This document shows, piece after piece, positions 28,466 to 30,647 of a DNA stretch of 30,647 bases (position 1 is its first letter; each line of letters begins with the position of its first letter). Origin of the DNA: Bdellovibrionales bacterium (GTDB lineage Bacteria > Bdellovibrionota > Bdellovibrionia > Bdellovibrionales > UBA1609); NCBI GenBank assembly GCA_050246815.1, contig JBFWVI010000038.1, positions 1 to 30,647 on the forward strand. Reading direction: 5' to 3'. The position numbers and the translations under genes are program-made. The notes below the pieces were generated by a model. That model did no database searches, was not told where the DNA came from, and was given only the letters and a program-made list of their open reading frames with translations.

Positions 28466-28530
28466 TTTATACCTCTCTATATTTTAAATTTAAATTTGTC
28501 GAATACATGTGAGTTCCAATCCCCTAGGAC

Positions 28531-28920
28531 CTAGCTAGCTTTCAGTTTGATTGAGTGAAGCAATGCAAACAGCTCAGTTAGGTTTTTGAAGTCAGATGGA
28601 CTCAGGTCATCAGCTTTACCATTAGCCTCTGTGACGCTCGCAGGAGCCACCTGATGGGTATGAACGGCTGACTGCTCAACATAGCTGTAAAGAAAAGGGT
28701 CACCTCTCTTACCACTACCTGTTCTGTTCACTAAATTATTCTCCAAGCAATACCGAACAACTTTAACTTTGTACTGCTTGCGACCACTGACCTTTTCGAG
28801 CAGATCAAACTCGCTCATAGGTTTTGGTGAACTTTTGACTGTTGATAGTATCCGCTCCATCAACGAAGAAAATTGCTGTGGAGGGATTCCTTGGATTCCT
28901 CCGATAACTGTTTTGGACAT
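28531..28920 (-). CDS. Small hypothetical protein, winged-helix-like; candidate accessory or directionality factor of the recombinase
   Basis: ATG 28920 with AGGA upstream (the track starts at TTG 28947). A helix-helix-helix then LVNRTGSGKRGDPFLY wing-like pattern. Co-oriented with the integrase and ends 65 nt before it. Confidence 0.65.
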   Translation of the reverse strand: MSKTVIGGIQGIPPQQFSSLMERILSTVKSSPKPMSEFDLLEKVSGRKQYKVKVVRYCLENNLVNRTGSGKRGDPFLYSYVEQSAVHTHQVAPASVTEANGKADDLSPSDFKNLTELFALLHSIKLKAS

Positions 28921-29384
28921 AAAAGATCCTATACAAGCTTTATCCAAAACCGTTTGCTATGGTTCCTTTGGGCTTATTGTAGGCTTCCATCCTTTTGTTA
29001 TCGGATTTAAGCGGCTATTTAATTTTTTCTATAGCCAATGATACTAAATCCAAATGTGCTTGTGAAGTACTGCTGATGAAAATCGGAAATATTTTTTGCG
29101 AAACTAATTTTTGTAAAATCGCGCTACTGTTCAAAAGTTCGACGAAAATATTTTTAGAAAAAATATCGAAAGTACTGGATTCGATTTTTTGAAAATGATA
29201 CCCCTATAAGGGAAGTGATAGAGCATTCTCTCGTGACCTCACTCTAAACAATTCCACACAATCAAACCAAGATCTCAAGATGAGGCATTCGTCCGTCTTA
29301 GGATCAAACTATAACTAAAAAGCAGTTTTCAAACGCGATGGGCGCGTATGGGCACCGCTATACCTAAAACCTGAGGAGGTTTCT

Positions 29385-29855
29385 ATGTCAGTATCTTTGC
29401 AATTTAAACAGAAGACTTTAATGGGCCTTGTGAGTCTCATTAACGAAGAGCTTCAATCTAGGCATGAGTTCAGCATTGAATTCATTATTACAGATGAAGC
29501 ATTAATATTCGAGAATGGGTTTATCGAATTCAAATTCGATAAAGAAGAAATTGTTGAAGCATCATTATATCATTTGCCAACTTTTCACTTAAGCCTTGCT
29601 CTTTCCATAGCTCAAGCGTTTGGAAGAATAAATATACCGATGCTAAGCCAACTGTTTTTGATAAATCAAACAACAACAGGCTCTAAACAGGTAGTTATCG
29701 TCACGCACGAACTTCACAACATATTTTTCTGTGAATCCGGAAATATATTTATCCGCGCATGCGCTCTAGATAACAGACATCTGAAATCAAGCAAAACCGC
29801 AGCTCTCTATCTAAAGTACGAACAATGCGAGCCAATAAACAAGCTGGCGATTTAA
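29385..29855 (+). CDS. Hypothetical protein (156 aa)
   Basis: Strong GAGGAGG RBS 6 nt before the ATG; no family recognised with confidence. Confidence 0.65.
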   Translation: MSVSLQFKQKTLMGLVSLINEELQSRHEFSIEFIITDEALIFENGFIEFKFDKEEIVEASLYHLPTFHLSLALSIAQAFGRINIPMLSQLFLINQTTTGSKQVVIVTHELHNIFFCESGNIFIRACALDNRHLKSSKTAALYLKYEQCEPINKLAI

Positions 29856-30028
29856 AAACAAGAAAGGAGAAGCAAATGGATACCTCTTGAAGCCTACCCC
29901 AAAAACATATCTGGATTGACTTATGGGAACATACCTAAGAAGTAGTATTCAAATGACATGGATACCTCCCTTTACTCCCTTTATATCCTTATATGCTACC
30001 CACATACTATGCGTTCTATTCCTTCTAC

Positions 30029-30066
30029 AGCTTGAGCAATGGAGCTTGAGCAATGGAGCTTAAGCA
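30029..30066 (+). repeat. Tandem 14-bp direct repeat AGCTTGAGCAATGG x2 plus a partial third copy (AGCTTAAGCA)
   Basis: Read directly at 30029-30042, 30043-30056 and 30057-30066. Confidence 0.9.
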
Positions 30067-30096
30067 TAACAATAAATTAAATGGCAATTATGCCGA

Positions 30097-30555
30097 ATGG
30101 AGTTTTATATGATTAATAGTAAAAGTGAAAATGATGAAAAATATAAGAATAGAGATATGGCTTTAGAGACAAACATTCTCAAAAGGCTAAACGGAATCGA
30201 GCTTCAGCTACACAGCTTTACAGTGCTAGATGATGCACCTGATAGCCCTTTGTGGAATTTAGTAAGACGCTTATACAGAAGCAAAATAACCAGCACAAAA
30301 ATTATGGGAATGGTTCTGAATTATGCCCTTACTACTGGTCAATCTGTCTTTACTCTCTCGATGTCTATTGTTGCAGCCATGATAAGGGAAGATGGCAATT
30401 TGGACCTGCAAAAACCGAGCGATGCAACCCTTAGAAAATTCTTTGTGAAAGCAAAGAGCTCACTCTTAAAGGAACTTTTTCCTTTTCAAGAGGCTAGCGA
30501 GGGCCATAGAGCAAGGGCAGGTCTGGAGTTGCCCCGTTTCAGTGGACGGGTTTAA
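30097..30555 (+). pseudogene. Hypothetical protein interrupted at about 30523 by an IS3-family insertion
   Basis: The terminal residues (LELPRFSGRV*) are read from the IS inverted repeat starting at 30524. Confidence 0.7.
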
Positions 30556-30647
30556 GTCTCGGATTTAACCAGTCCGAGACCAATACTCTTGCTCATAGTC
30601 CGCCGGCGATAAATAGTCTAGTGCCGAGTGACGTCGAGACGGATTAT
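30524..30647 (-). mobile_element. Right end (IRR) of an IS3-family insertion sequence
   Basis: Terminus TGGAGTTGCCCCGTTTCAGTGGAC has the IS3-family TG end with TGGAC at positions 20-24; the transposase C-terminus ends just inside it. Confidence 0.88.
30565..30647 (-). CDS. IS3-family transposase OrfB, C-terminal fragment
   Basis: Not in the ORF track; translated by hand as ...NPSRRHSALDYLSPADYEQEYWSRTG*, matching the IS3 integrase-core tail YNxxRxHSxLxYxSP. Confidence 0.9.
   Translation of the reverse strand, partial: NPSRRHSALDYLSPADYEQEYWSRTG

Larger units (their letters stand above)
26894..30647. mobile_element. Left part of an integrative element/genomic island at tRNA-Glu; right boundary is outside the window
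   Basis: Integrase abutting a tRNA 3' end, an abrupt shift to AT-richer sequence, orphan ORFs and a nested IS. The exact crossover point cannot be seen. Confidence 0.85.

Noticed and set aside
28769..29192. Track ORFs 28769-29041 and 28995-29192
   Set aside because: TTG starts without RBS; one overlaps a better ORF on the other strand and the other is a low-complexity translation of AT-rich repeats.
30029..30066. Possible CRISPR array
   Set aside because: Units are 14 bp, directly adjacent with no spacers, and no cas genes are in the window.
26894..30647. Calling the element a prophage, ICE or defence island
   Set aside because: No structural, conjugation or recognisable defence genes are visible in the 3.7 kb available; the element class cannot be assigned.

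Overview
Bases 1-26.9 kb are core chromosome of a Gram-negative bacterium; gene order and protein style suggest Bdellovibrionota, which is an inference. A long minus-strand run (7TM-HD phosphohydrolase, ybeY, prfB with a +1 programmed frameshift, lolC/E, lolD, bamA, skp, fabZ, lpxA, gnnA-like oxidoreductase, lpxB, lpxK, lpxL-like acyltransferase, DUF3108-like lipoprotein, two GT9 heptosyltransferases) covers outer-membrane and LPS biogenesis. It is followed by mazG, an SDR, an orphan secreted protein, murJ, rpsT, a PilZ protein, holA, lptE, a class V aminotransferase, a serA-like dehydrogenase, purA and a tRNA-Lys(UUU)/tRNA-Glu(UUC) pair. Just after tRNA-Glu the sequence becomes visibly more AT-rich and an integrated element begins. 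Its large serine recombinase has no stop codon before the tRNA: it reads antisense through 57 nt of tRNA-Glu, which supplies its last 18 residues and its stop. Next come a small winged-helix-like ORF (candidate directionality factor), a repeat- and hairpin-rich divergent intergenic region, two orphan ORFs, and the right end of an IS3-family element that truncates the last ORF and runs off the window. The recombinase/tRNA overlap is the best candidate for an undescribed system. A perfect 20-bp palindrome built on the prfB slippery site is a second oddity.
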